NCBI GenBank assembly: GCA_902584215.1 | Contig: CACHYW010000001.1 | Location: forward strand, 26,065 to 90,064 | DNA: 64,000 bases | Source: an uncultured Pelagibacteraceae bacterium | GTDB taxonomy: Bacteria > Pseudomonadota > Alphaproteobacteria > Pelagibacterales > AG-422-B15 | Direction: 5' to 3' | Translations under genes and position numbers: made by a program | Shown here: one piece after another, positions 9,366 through 19,161 of the stretch | How positions within the stretch are numbered: the first letter of the stretch is position 1 | How the letters are laid out: each line of letters opens with the position of its first letter | Notes under the pieces: generated by a model | Seen by the model: only the letters and a program-made list of their open reading frames with translations | Told to the model about the DNA's origin: nothing | The model's database searches: none

Positions 9366-11062
9366 TGTCTTCAAAAAAAATGATTGGCGGCGAAGCCGTT
9401 GTTGAAACTTTATTGGTAAATGAAGTTGAGGTGGTTACGGGGCTGATTGGCTCATCAACACTTGAGATCTTGGATGGCCTTTACAATAACGCTGAAAAAA
9501 TCAGATATATAGGATGCAGACATGAGAGCAATGGGATGATCATGATGGATGCCTATGCCAGGTATACTGGGAAAAATGGGGTATTTCTGAGTGGCCAAGC
9601 AGGTCCGGGAGTAAGCAACACAGTGACTGCGATGGCTCAGGCAAAGGCTGCTTTTTCGCCAGTTGTTAACCTAGCTGGTGCAATTGCATCAGATCACAAA
9701 GGTAAGGATGCTTTTCAGGAAATAGATCAAGTCAGTTTGATGCAAGCGGTTTCAAAAAAAGTTTTTGAAGTAAAAGAGGTTGAGTCAATACCAGAAGTTT
9801 TAAATGAAGCGATGCAAACAGCACTGACACCACGGTGCGGCCCTGTTCATTTAGATATGCCTAGAGATGTTTTAGGTAAATCAGCTGAATTTAATCAGCC
9901 TACGAAATTTAAATCCATATCAACTTTAGCTGCTGATGAGGAAAATTTAAAAAAAGCTGTAAAGCTTTTAAGTGAAGCACATAAACCTGTAATTCTAGTT
10001 GGGGCAGGAGTTAAGAATTACGGAACAAGTGCAGCAGATAGTGTTTTAAAGTTAGCTGAACTTCTCAATGCCCCATGTACCACTTCTCCAGGACATGGTG
10101 ATGCAATTCCATATAGTCATCCGTTAAATGCGGGATCAGCCGGCCCTCGTGGATCAGGGTTAGGAACAAAACTTTTAAGAGAGGCGGATGTGATTCTAGT
10201 TTTAGGAAGTCGATTAGGTTTTAATACAACGTTCTATTCTTACGAGAACCTAAATGAAAAAGCTTCAATTATACAATGTGAAATAGATCTGAATTCGATA
10301 GGCCGATATTTTCCTGTCGAAGTAGGCATACATGCAGATGCTAAAACTGTAACCGATGAGCTTTGTAAAATGCTTGAAACCCATAAGTCGAAAAAAGAAG
10401 TACAAGATTGGTCAGATCAATTCAAAGACAATAGAAAAAATTATTTTGATAAAAGAGATGCTGACGCTGATACTAAAAGTGTACCAATTTCACCTTCAGG
10501 ATTATTTAAAGAATTAAGGAGAGCCTTGCCGGAGGATTGTGTCGTAACTTTGGATGCGGGCACAATGTGTCTCCAGTTAACTGATGCACTTCAATATCAT
10601 CAACCAAAGAGTTTATTTTCACCACTTGATTTTGGGCTGGTAGGATTCTCTTATCCTGCTGGACTAGGAATAAAACTTGCAGCCCCTGAAAGACCAGTAG
10701 TTTCTTTTCATGGAGATGGTGGCATGTCCATGGTTATCCCAGAGCTTTCAACTGCAATCGAAAATAATATTAATACTGTTGTATGTGTTATGAATAATGG
10801 CACGTGGGGCGCTGAAGCGGCCTACCAAAAAGATTTTTTTGAGGGACGTTTTATTGGTGCTCATATCACAACTCCTGAGTTTGATAAAGTTGCTGAATTG
10901 TATGGATGTAAGGGCATAAAGGTTGAAAAAGCTGGAGAAATTGGAGATGCGATTAAAGCTGGAATTGAGGCTGACTGCCCAACAGTAATCGATGTTCAAT
11001 GTTCCCCTGATGCACTATATTCATTCAGGCAGGACTCATTTAAACATAGAGTAAAACAGTAG
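9365..11062 (+). CDS. thiamine-diphosphate-dependent enzyme (acetolactate synthase large subunit-like)
   Basis: 565 aa. N-terminal Pyr domain, a middle domain, and the C-terminal ThDP motif GDGGMSM...NNGTWG. The GTG start overlaps the upstream stop; ATG 9380 is an alternative start. Confidence 0.85.
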   Translation: MSSKKMIGGEAVVETLLVNEVEVVTGLIGSSTLEILDGLYNNAEKIRYIGCRHESNGMIMMDAYARYTGKNGVFLSGQAGPGVSNTVTAMAQAKAAFSPVVNLAGAIASDHKGKDAFQEIDQVSLMQAVSKKVFEVKEVESIPEVLNEAMQTALTPRCGPVHLDMPRDVLGKSAEFNQPTKFKSISTLAADEENLKKAVKLLSEAHKPVILVGAGVKNYGTSAADSVLKLAELLNAPCTTSPGHGDAIPYSHPLNAGSAGPRGSGLGTKLLREADVILVLGSRLGFNTTFYSYENLNEKASIIQCEIDLNSIGRYFPVEVGIHADAKTVTDELCKMLETHKSKKEVQDWSDQFKDNRKNYFDKRDADADTKSVPISPSGLFKELRRALPEDCVVTLDAGTMCLQLTDALQYHQPKSLFSPLDFGLVGFSYPAGLGIKLAAPERPVVSFHGDGGMSMVIPELSTAIENNINTVVCVMNNGTWGAEAAYQKDFFEGRFIGAHITTPEFDKVAELYGCKGIKVEKAGEIGDAIKAGIEADCPTVIDVQCSPDALYSFRQDSFKHRVKQ

Positions 11063-11071
11063 GATCATATT

Positions 11072-11653
11072 ATGACACTTGAAATCAGGAAGATGTGTAA
11101 GTTTGTTGATACAACCTATGTTGAAGATTTTAAAAAATGTGATGAACCTGTAGTTTTAGTATCTGTCGCAGCAGTAATTACAAACCCATGGGTTGACCAA
11201 GGGTATGTAGAAGACTTAAAGCCTACAATTTTAGAAATAGCCCCAAAGCTTGGTGATTTTTTAGTTGGTGAGCTATTAGATGAAATTGGCTCTCCAGAAA
11301 AAGTCTTAGCCTACGGTAAGGCGAGTATGACCGGGATGCGTGGAAGCATACAACATGCAAGCGCACTGATTCATACGTTACATTTTGGCAATAAATTTCG
11401 TGATGCTGTTGGAGGAACATCCTATCTTTCATTTACCAATGTACGTGGACTTGCAGCTTCAAAAATATCAATTCCTATGATGCACAAAACAGATCCCGGT
11501 TTGAGACAATTTTATTTAACTCATGAGTTTACCATTCATGATGCTCCTGGTCCTGCTGAATTAGTTATAGCAATTGGCGCAAGTACTACTCCTCAAGCTC
11601 ATCATCGTATCGGAAACCGTTATGAAGATGAAAAGGAAATGGGACTGAAATAA
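11072..11653 (+). CDS. amino acid synthesis family protein (AA_synth / DUF1185-like)
   Basis: 193 aa. N-terminal IRK...E...AAVITNPW pattern as remembered for this uncharacterised family. It sits tightly inside the operon. Confidence 0.6.
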   Translation: MTLEIRKMCKFVDTTYVEDFKKCDEPVVLVSVAAVITNPWVDQGYVEDLKPTILEIAPKLGDFLVGELLDEIGSPEKVLAYGKASMTGMRGSIQHASALIHTLHFGNKFRDAVGGTSYLSFTNVRGLAASKISIPMMHKTDPGLRQFYLTHEFTIHDAPGPAELVIAIGASTTPQAHHRIGNRYEDEKEMGLK

Positions 11654-11658
11654 TATTC

Positions 11659-12444
11659 ATGTCTTTTCGCGAAGGACTTGACGATCAAGGTACATATTAT
11701 CAATTTAATGAAGTTGCTGGCACTACTCCCATAGTATTTATTCATGGGGTTGGTTTAAGTTTAGAAATATGGAAACCCCAAAGGGATTTTTTTAAAAATC
11801 ATTCAACAATTGTATACGACTTATATGGTCATGGAAGAACCACGAGTGCTGATGTCATTACCTTCGATAAATTTTCCAATCAAATTGATGGCCTCATGCA
11901 ATACTTAAAATATCCTTCATGCCATTTAATAGGTTTTTCCTTAGGCGGGTTAATCGCTGCTCACTATGCTTCAACGAGATCAAATAAGATCAATAAATTA
12001 ATTTTATTTGGGACCATATATGGTCGAAGTGCCGAACAACAGCAAGAAGCTATCAAAAGGTATGAAAATGTTTCAAAAGAATATTTTGATATTCCTAAAC
12101 AATTGAGCAGATGGTTTAATGAGGATTATCTTAAAAAAAATCCTAATGAGAGCCAATTGGTATCAACAATATTAGAAAACAATGATCATCAAGAGTTCTT
12201 AAAATCATATAAATTATTCTCTCATTTCCAAGACAATATGATTTTGTTTAATCAAATTTCAGCTCCTACATTAATTGTAACTGGAGAGAATGAGGAAGGA
12301 TCTACGCCTGAAATGTCGAAAAAGATTGGGGAAATAGTTAAAGATAGTAAAGTAGACATCATTCCTAATGGAAAACATATGTGTGGCATGGAGTGCGCAG
12401 ACAAGGTTAATCAAGTATTTGGAAAATTTTTAAATGACAACTAA
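11659..12444 (+). CDS. alpha/beta-fold hydrolase
   Basis: 261 aa. HGVG oxyanion region (IVFIHGVGLS), nucleophile elbow GFSLGG, and a C-terminal His (GKHM). Confidence 0.8.
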   Translation: MSFREGLDDQGTYYQFNEVAGTTPIVFIHGVGLSLEIWKPQRDFFKNHSTIVYDLYGHGRTTSADVITFDKFSNQIDGLMQYLKYPSCHLIGFSLGGLIAAHYASTRSNKINKLILFGTIYGRSAEQQQEAIKRYENVSKEYFDIPKQLSRWFNEDYLKKNPNESQLVSTILENNDHQEFLKSYKLFSHFQDNMILFNQISAPTLIVTGENEEGSTPEMSKKIGEIVKDSKVDIIPNGKHMCGMECADKVNQVFGKFLNDN

Positions 12445-13906
12445 TAATATTCAAAATTATCAAATGTTCATAGATGGCCAATGGACTGAAGCAGAAAACA
12501 ATCAAAGATTCGAAAGCACTAATCCCGAGAATAATAAACCTTGGTCTTCATTTCCAGATGCAACAGTCAATGATGTTAATAATGCAGTTGCAGCCGCGAA
12601 AAATGCATTTAAGTCATGGTCAGCAAGCGATGTAAAAATAAGATCTCAATATCTTAGGGCAATAGGGGATCAGCTTAAGAACAACGCTGAGCATATTGGA
12701 AAAATAGAAACTATCGATAGTGGTAAACTCTTGAAAGAAACAAAATTTCAAGCTGAATATATGAAAGATTATTTTTACTATTATGCAGAGCTCGCTGAGA
12801 AAATGGAAAATACAAAAATTATTTCTGACATAGATAAGCCTGATATGGAAGTTATTGAAGTTAGTGAACCAATTGGTGTTATCGCATGTATCATTCCATG
12901 GAATTCACAAATGTTTTTAACAGCGACTAAAGTTGCACCTGCACTGGCTGCAGGGAATACAGTGGTGATAAAATCCTCGGAACTTGCTCCAGCACCGTTA
13001 GCTGAATTTGCAAAATTAACAGAACAAGTAGGATTGCCAAAAGGTGTTATAAATCTAGTGAGCGGAGCAGCAGAAGTTGGGAAAAATTTAACATCCCATA
13101 AAGATATAGGTAAAGTGCTCTTTACTGGTGGAACCGAAACAGGATCTCATGTAATAAGAAATACAGCTGAAAATTTTGCACAGTTAACCCTTGAACTTGG
13201 AGGGAAATCACCAGTTATTGTATTTGCAGACGCTGATGTAGAGAATGCATTAAATAATATTACGACCGCTATCTTTTCTGGAAATGGCTGCAGTTGCATT
13301 GCTGGATCAGTATTGATTCTGCAAGATAAAATTTATGATGAATTTCTTCATCAATTAAAAAATAGAGCTGAGAGTATTAAATTGGGTTCACCGCTTGAGG
13401 CAGAAACTCAAATGGGACCGTTAAATAATCTCAAACAAGTAGAGTTCATCGAAAAAAACATTGAGTTATCTATTAAACAAGGAGCTAAAATATTATGTGG
13501 TGGTAAGCGGCAAAATAATTGTTATTTCCCACCAACAATTATTGAGTGTCCAGACAAATCAATCAATACAGCAAATACAGAACTTTTTGGGCCAGTTCTA
13601 TCTGTGATCAGATTTAGCTCTGAAGAAGAGGCCATAAATTTAGCAAACGACAATCGTTATGGCCTTTCATCAGGCGTATTCAGTGAAAATAAAGAAATAT
13701 GTGAGAGAGTAAGCAAAAAGATTGAAGCTGGTATTTGTTTTACAAATTGTTATAGGTTTATTTCATACGCTGCAAGTTTTGGTGGTAGAAAAAATAGTGG
13801 TTATGGACGAGAGAGCGGAGCTGAAGCAATAAGAGATATGCAATTAAGAAAAACTATCTGGAACTCAACTGCAAGAGTAACAGAAGACCCATTTAAGATC
13901 AGATAA
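12434..13906 (+). CDS. NAD(P)-dependent aldehyde dehydrogenase
   Basis: 490 aa. ALDH motifs PWNSQ, LELGGKSP (catalytic Glu), GNGCSCIAGS (catalytic Cys region), EEFGP-like ELFGPV. It overlaps the upstream gene by 11 nt. Confidence 0.9.
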   Translation: MTTNNIQNYQMFIDGQWTEAENNQRFESTNPENNKPWSSFPDATVNDVNNAVAAAKNAFKSWSASDVKIRSQYLRAIGDQLKNNAEHIGKIETIDSGKLLKETKFQAEYMKDYFYYYAELAEKMENTKIISDIDKPDMEVIEVSEPIGVIACIIPWNSQMFLTATKVAPALAAGNTVVIKSSELAPAPLAEFAKLTEQVGLPKGVINLVSGAAEVGKNLTSHKDIGKVLFTGGTETGSHVIRNTAENFAQLTLELGGKSPVIVFADADVENALNNITTAIFSGNGCSCIAGSVLILQDKIYDEFLHQLKNRAESIKLGSPLEAETQMGPLNNLKQVEFIEKNIELSIKQGAKILCGGKRQNNCYFPPTIIECPDKSINTANTELFGPVLSVIRFSSEEEAINLANDNRYGLSSGVFSENKEICERVSKKIEAGICFTNCYRFISYAASFGGRKNSGYGRESGAEAIRDMQLRKTIWNSTARVTEDPFKIR

Positions 13907-13917
13907 GTACTTTTATT

Positions 13918-14190
13918 ATGTCTAGTAAACTTGAACAAGATATCTCAAAACTTGATTATTTATTCAATCAAATAAAAGAACCAATAGTTTGTGTTAAATG
14001 CTCAGATGAATTAACTCGAGGCCTAACAGATGCAAAATCTATTCAAGATTATTCAAGAATCGATGTAGGTTTTACTGATCGAGGGCTTCAAATTTGGTGT
14101 CAAAGGCATCAATTAAATATTTGTCACATTAACTTTGAAGGAAAAATGCCTGAAGCAGATTTCAGGTGCTTAGAAAAAAAGAATAAATAA
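13918..14190 (+). CDS. hypothetical small Cys/His-rich protein
   Basis: 90 aa. CVKC ... WCQRHQLNICH ... C pattern suggests metal binding. Its stop TAA (14188-14190) is followed immediately by the sbcB ATG (14191). I recognise no family. Confidence 0.45.
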   Translation: MSSKLEQDISKLDYLFNQIKEPIVCVKCSDELTRGLTDAKSIQDYSRIDVGFTDRGLQIWCQRHQLNICHINFEGKMPEADFRCLEKKNK

Positions 14191-15615
14191 ATGAAATATA
14201 TTTTTTGGGATTTAGAGACATCAACATTGAACGCAGCTTATGGATCCATTGTTCAGGCAGCTGCTATATGCACGGATGAAGACTTTAATATTATTGACCA
14301 ATTTGATTTAAGAGGTCGAATGAAGAGGGAATATCCCGTTCCTTCAGCAAAGGCTTTGTTAGTTAACGGTGTTTCCATTGACCAGTTAAAGAATCATGAA
14401 AATTCAAACTTTAGTTTAATTGCTCAAATACAAAGTAAATTATTATCTTGGGGTGAGTGCCTTTTCATAGGATACAATTCAATTTCATTTGATGACATGC
14501 ACCTAAGGCAATCTCTTTACCAATCAGCTCTACCACCTTACATCACAAATACGAATGGCAATAAAAGAGGAGACGCAATGAAACTACTTCATTCTGCAGC
14601 AGCAGTTTATCCAAACGCTTTTGTGAGACCGCTTGATGATAATACTGGTAAAATTACTTTTAGATTAGAAAAGTTTGCTGCAGCTAATGGCATAGAACAT
14701 TCAAAGGCCCATGACGCTCTATCAGATGTTGAAGCAACATTGGGTGTTTGTAAGCTTATAAAAGACCGATGCAACGATGTATGGGAAAGCTCATTAAAAA
14801 CTGCATCAAAAAAAGACCTCTATAAATATGTTGATCAAGAAAAAGTATTTTGTGCGAGTAGGTTCTTTAGAGGAAAAGAATATACGCACGGCCTTGCTTA
14901 CATTACCAAGGACCCTTCATATGAAAATCATGTTTACTGTTTTGATTTGTCAATCGACCCAGATTATGTTTTTGATTTAGATAGGGCAGAGCTTAAGAAA
15001 ATGTTTAAGGGTAAGAATAAGTGTTTTCATATGATCAAAGCAAACGAACAGCCGATTTTATTAGATGAAGATTATCTCTTTAGGTCAGAAGATTATAAAG
15101 ATCTTTCGCCCGAAATCGTAAATGAGCGTATGAAAAAAATAAGAGGTAACAAAAATTTTATAGAAAAATTTACTAACCTTCTTTTAGACAAAGGTGAAGA
15201 TAGAGAACTTACCCAGGACCAAACTGAAAAACCTGTTGAAGAGCAAATTTATAATGGTTTTCCTAGTTCAAAAGACAATTATTTGATGTCTGATTTTCAT
15301 GCCGCTGAGTGGGATAAGAAGTATGAAATTGCCCAAAAAATAACTGACAATCGCTCAAAGGAATTTGCAAAAAGAGTAATTTACAATGAAAAACCTGAGT
15401 TTTTACCAGAACAAGAAGTTAAGAATCGCGATAAAATAATAGCTGAGAAAGTACTCTCAATGGACAAATGTTCATGGAATACAATTCCAGGAGCGATGAG
15501 TGAAATTGATGATCTAAGAGAAAGTGAAGATGAAATTGATATGGATCGTTTGGAAGAAATTGATACGTATATTCAAGAACTGGATACATATCATAGGGAA
15601 AAGTTAGATGGATAA
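14191..15615 (+). CDS. sbcB: exodeoxyribonuclease I
   Basis: 474 aa. DEDDh exonuclease motifs WDLETS, GYNSISFDD, HDALSDVEAT, plus RLE..A.ANGIEHS.AHDA as in E. coli ExoI. Confidence 0.85.
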   Translation: MKYIFWDLETSTLNAAYGSIVQAAAICTDEDFNIIDQFDLRGRMKREYPVPSAKALLVNGVSIDQLKNHENSNFSLIAQIQSKLLSWGECLFIGYNSISFDDMHLRQSLYQSALPPYITNTNGNKRGDAMKLLHSAAAVYPNAFVRPLDDNTGKITFRLEKFAAANGIEHSKAHDALSDVEATLGVCKLIKDRCNDVWESSLKTASKKDLYKYVDQEKVFCASRFFRGKEYTHGLAYITKDPSYENHVYCFDLSIDPDYVFDLDRAELKKMFKGKNKCFHMIKANEQPILLDEDYLFRSEDYKDLSPEIVNERMKKIRGNKNFIEKFTNLLLDKGEDRELTQDQTEKPVEEQIYNGFPSSKDNYLMSDFHAAEWDKKYEIAQKITDNRSKEFAKRVIYNEKPEFLPEQEVKNRDKIIAEKVLSMDKCSWNTIPGAMSEIDDLRESEDEIDMDRLEEIDTYIQELDTYHREKLDG

Positions 15616-16606
15616 TTTAACAGGTCTTGTTCTATTTTGTTTTGGCCTAATCATTGGTGCAGCAATTACTTATTTTTTATTGCAACGGAAAAAATCAGAT
15701 GATGACAATGATAAAAGTCTATCTGATGTAAAAGAAATGGTTAAAGACCTCAGTAATCAAATTTCTCTAAAAGAAGGAAAAGATGAAGAGCGCTATGATT
15801 TAATTAACAAGCTTACAGCAGCATTTACGGGAGGTTCAAAGAAGCAAGGAATTGCAGGAGAGATTTTATTATTGAATATTTTACAGCAGTCAGGTTTTAG
15901 AGAAGGCAAAGATTTTGAAGTACAGAAGAAATACGATGATGAAATTGATGGAGAGTTCAAAAAAAAATATCCAGATATTATTTTACATTTACCTGATGAT
16001 AGAGATTTAGTTATTGACTCAAAAATATCACTGAGTGCATGGCAAGATTATTGTAATGCAGATGATGAAACTACTAAGATTGATGCACACAAAAGACATA
16101 TTCAATCAATACGAACACATATTAAGAAGCTAAGTGAGGCAAATTATCAAAAAATTTATGAGATCAAAACACTTGATGCTGTGGTAATGTTCATGCCTTA
16201 CGAAAGTGCTTTTGACTCAATGTTGGATAAAGTTGAAGAGGTAATTCTTGAAGCTAATAAATTTAAAATTATTTTAGCAAGCCCTTCAACATTGATCTCT
16301 GTACTGAAAATAATTGATAATATGTGGTCGATTAATGAGAGAAACAGAAATGCTGATTCTATTGCAAGCACTGCATTAGAAATTTATGCGCAAGTTGAAA
16401 AAGTTTATTCTGCCTTCGAAAATGCTGGGCATGAACTTAATAAATCTATGGGTTCAATTGAAACAGCCAAATCAAGATTGAGGGATGGAAAAGGGAGCTT
16501 GGTTTTTAGAGTTAAGAAAATGCTCAAATTAGGCGGCTTGAAACCAGACAAGGAAATTCCTGACTTTGAAGAAAATGAAGTTACAAAAATAAAAAAAATT
16601 AAGTAA
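15608..16606 (+). CDS. rmuC: DNA recombination protein RmuC
   Basis: 332 aa. N-terminal TM segment, a coiled-coil, and an RmuC nuclease-like core (PDIILHLPDDRDLVIDSK..., VMFMPYESAF). It overlaps sbcB by 8 nt. Confidence 0.8.
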   Translation: MDNLTGLVLFCFGLIIGAAITYFLLQRKKSDDDNDKSLSDVKEMVKDLSNQISLKEGKDEERYDLINKLTAAFTGGSKKQGIAGEILLLNILQQSGFREGKDFEVQKKYDDEIDGEFKKKYPDIILHLPDDRDLVIDSKISLSAWQDYCNADDETTKIDAHKRHIQSIRTHIKKLSEANYQKIYEIKTLDAVVMFMPYESAFDSMLDKVEEVILEANKFKIILASPSTLISVLKIIDNMWSINERNRNADSIASTALEIYAQVEKVYSAFENAGHELNKSMGSIETAKSRLRDGKGSLVFRVKKMLKLGGLKPDKEIPDFEENEVTKIKKIK

Positions 16607-16644
16607 ATTCAATAGTTTAATAATGTTTTTAGCGGCCTTTAACC

Positions 16645-16673
16645 TTGACTTTAGGCCTCTCCGTACTTACATT
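16645..16673 (+). promoter_or_regulatory. candidate sigma70 promoter for trxA
   Basis: TTGACT (16645-16650), a 17-nt spacer, TACATT (16668-16673), about 27 nt upstream of the trxA ATG. Confidence 0.3.
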
Positions 16674-16699
16674 AAATCCAATTCAAGAAAGGAATCACT

Positions 16700-17023
16700 A
16701 TGGCTACGAAAAACATTACAGACGCAACTTTTGAGGAAGAAGTTTTAAAATCTGATAAACCAGTTGTTCTCGATTTTTGGGCGCCTTGGTGTGGTCCTTG
16801 TAAAATGATTGGTCCATCTTTAGAAGAAATCTCAGATGAAATGGCTGATAAGATTACTGTTGCTAAAGTTAACATTGATGAGAATCCAGAAACGCCAACT
16901 AAATACGGTGTAAGAGGGATCCCAACAATGCTTGTATTTAAAAATGGTGAAGCTGCAGCAACTAAAGTTGGAGCTGTATCAAAGACAGCTATTGTTGAGT
17001 GGATTGAAGACTCAATCGCCTAA
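16700..17023 (+). CDS. trxA: thioredoxin
   Basis: 107 aa with the WCGPC active site and a canonical thioredoxin fold sequence. Confidence 0.95.
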   Translation: MATKNITDATFEEEVLKSDKPVVLDFWAPWCGPCKMIGPSLEEISDEMADKITVAKVNIDENPETPTKYGVRGIPTMLVFKNGEAAATKVGAVSKTAIVEWIEDSIA

Positions 17024-18306
17024 TTAGCTTCTAAAACTTTTCCAGCAAGATATAGAGAGCCGCAAATTAATATGCGCGTATTCTCATTTGCTTCATTAAC
17101 ACTTTTTACTGCTTCAGAAATTGAACTTGAAACTGCAATTTTGGCACATTGATCTTTAAGTTTATTTTTGAGTTCATCTGCTGGGATTGCATTCTCCTCG
17201 CTTGGAATTGTTATTGTTGTAATCGAGAAGAAATTGCTAAATTGTCTGATATAGGCTGCAGGATCTTTTGTATTAATCATTCCAATAATGATGCATAACT
17301 TTTTTTCTGGTAAATTCTTGAGTGTCTTATTCAAATTAAATGCAGCATCAACATTATGTGATCCATCTAAGTAAAGTTCATTTGATGGTTTCATTTTTGA
17401 ACATAACTTACCATCCTCTATTTTTTGCATTCGGCCAGGGAAATAAATTGATTTATGTTTTTGATCTTTTAAGAATTCTCTTACTTCTATGTTTGGTAAT
17501 TGAAATATTGCAGCAATTGCAAGTCCAACATTTTTCTTTTGAAATTCATTTTGATCATCAAAATTAGAAAATTCTATTGTACTCGTATCGTCTTCATAAA
17601 TGAGAGAGTCATTATGTTCCGTTATATTCCAGTGTATTCCATGAACAAAAACAGGAGCCTCATTATGCTCTGCTTGATTTATTAACATTTCTTTTGCTTC
17701 TGGGTAGGGTTGATACCCAATAATTGCTGGAGTCTTAGGTTTAATAATACAAGATTTTTCAAATGCAATTTTCTCAATACTACTCCCCAGAAAATCCTGG
17801 TGATCGTAAGATATTGAGGAAATTATTGAGATTAATGGGTCTATTACGTTACTGCTATCAAGTCTTCCGCCAAGCCCTACCTCTAGCAGAGTATAGTCAG
17901 TATGTGATCTTGATGCAGCTTCAAAAAATGCTCCAGAAGTACTTTCAAAAAATGTTATTTCTGAACCTTCATTTATGTTTTTAATTTTGTTTAAAAGATT
18001 AAATAAGTCATCATTTGTTATTTGTTTATCATTTAATTCAAAACGTTCATTAAATCTGACCAGATGAGGAGATATGTAGGTATTGGTAGACTTATTGTTG
18101 TATCTAAGTATTTCTTGAATAAATCTTAGTGTAGAATATTTCCCATTAGTACCTGCTATATGCAATATATTTTTAATTTTGTTTTGTGGATTTCCTAACT
18201 TATTTAAAAGTATTTTAATTCGATCTAAAGAAAGATCGATTTTCTTAGGGTGTAGTTTTAATAATTCTTCTAAAAGATTATCGATTTGAACGTTAGAGAT
18301 ACTCAA
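17020..18306 (-). CDS. folC: bifunctional folylpolyglutamate synthase / dihydrofolate synthase
   Basis: 428 aa. Mur-ligase P-loop HIAGTNGKYST. It sits downstream of accD, as is common in proteobacteria. Confidence 0.9.
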   Translation of the reverse strand: MSISNVQIDNLLEELLKLHPKKIDLSLDRIKILLNKLGNPQNKIKNILHIAGTNGKYSTLRFIQEILRYNNKSTNTYISPHLVRFNERFELNDKQITNDDLFNLLNKIKNINEGSEITFFESTSGAFFEAASRSHTDYTLLEVGLGGRLDSSNVIDPLISIISSISYDHQDFLGSSIEKIAFEKSCIIKPKTPAIIGYQPYPEAKEMLINQAEHNEAPVFVHGIHWNITEHNDSLIYEDDTSTIEFSNFDDQNEFQKKNVGLAIAAIFQLPNIEVREFLKDQKHKSIYFPGRMQKIEDGKLCSKMKPSNELYLDGSHNVDAAFNLNKTLKNLPEKKLCIIIGMINTKDPAAYIRQFSNFFSITTITIPSEENAIPADELKNKLKDQCAKIAVSSSISEAVKSVNEANENTRILICGSLYLAGKVLEAN

Positions 18307-19161
18307 TTAAGCAACTCGTTTTAATAACAGCGAAATAATTTGAGATAATTTATCTTTTAAATCTTTTCTGTGTACTACTTGATCTATAAATCCATGATCA
18401 AGCAAATATTCAGATCGCTGGAAACCATCAGGAAGAGTTTCACCAACAGTATTAGATATAACTCTGGGTCCAGCAAAACAAATTAGCGCATTCGGTTCAG
18501 CCAATGTAATTGATCCAAGGGATCCAAATGAAGCAGTTACCCCGCCACTTGTTGGATTAGTATTTACTACGATGTAAGGTAATTTAGCATCCTTAACCAT
18601 TTGACAGGCAATGGTTGTCTTTGGAAGAGACTGCAGTGAGTGTTGATTTTCATCCATTCTTGCTCCACCTGAGCAGGTAAAAACAATTAATGGTGTATGA
18701 TTTGTTACTGAATGCTCTGCAGCTTTTATCATAGCCTCTGCAGCGGAAGCCCCAACGGAGCCCCCCATGAAATGAAAATTCTGAGCAGCAATTGTTACAT
18801 TCATATTATCCATTTTGCCAAACCCGATCAAAAAGCAATCGTCCATATCTGTTTTAGAGCGAGCCTCATTGAACCTTTCTTTATAAGTTTTAAGAGCTTT
18901 GAAATTTAATGGGTCGCTAAATCCTGAGGGGTATTTTATTTCCTCAAAAACTCCACCATCAAACAGACCTTTAAACCTAGCACGGGGATGGATTTGTAAA
19001 TGTTCATCGCAATTGGGACATACAAATAATGTTGACTCCAGATCACTCGAATAAAGCATAGTTTGGCACTGAGGACATTTAATCCAAGAATTCTCAGCAA
19101 TATCTAAACTTTTTTTCTTACGTGGAAAAACTTTTGATATTGTTCTGGTAAGCCAATTCAT
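18307..19161 (-). CDS. accD: acetyl-CoA carboxylase carboxyltransferase beta subunit
   Basis: 284 aa. N-terminal zinc ribbon CPQCQ...CPNC and a carboxyltransferase domain (GGSVGASAAE). Confidence 0.95.
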   Translation of the reverse strand: MNWLTRTISKVFPRKKKSLDIAENSWIKCPQCQTMLYSSDLESTLFVCPNCDEHLQIHPRARFKGLFDGGVFEEIKYPSGFSDPLNFKALKTYKERFNEARSKTDMDDCFLIGFGKMDNMNVTIAAQNFHFMGGSVGASAAEAMIKAAEHSVTNHTPLIVFTCSGGARMDENQHSLQSLPKTTIACQMVKDAKLPYIVVNTNPTSGGVTASFGSLGSITLAEPNALICFAGPRVISNTVGETLPDGFQRSEYLLDHGFIDQVVHRKDLKDKLSQIISLLLKRVA

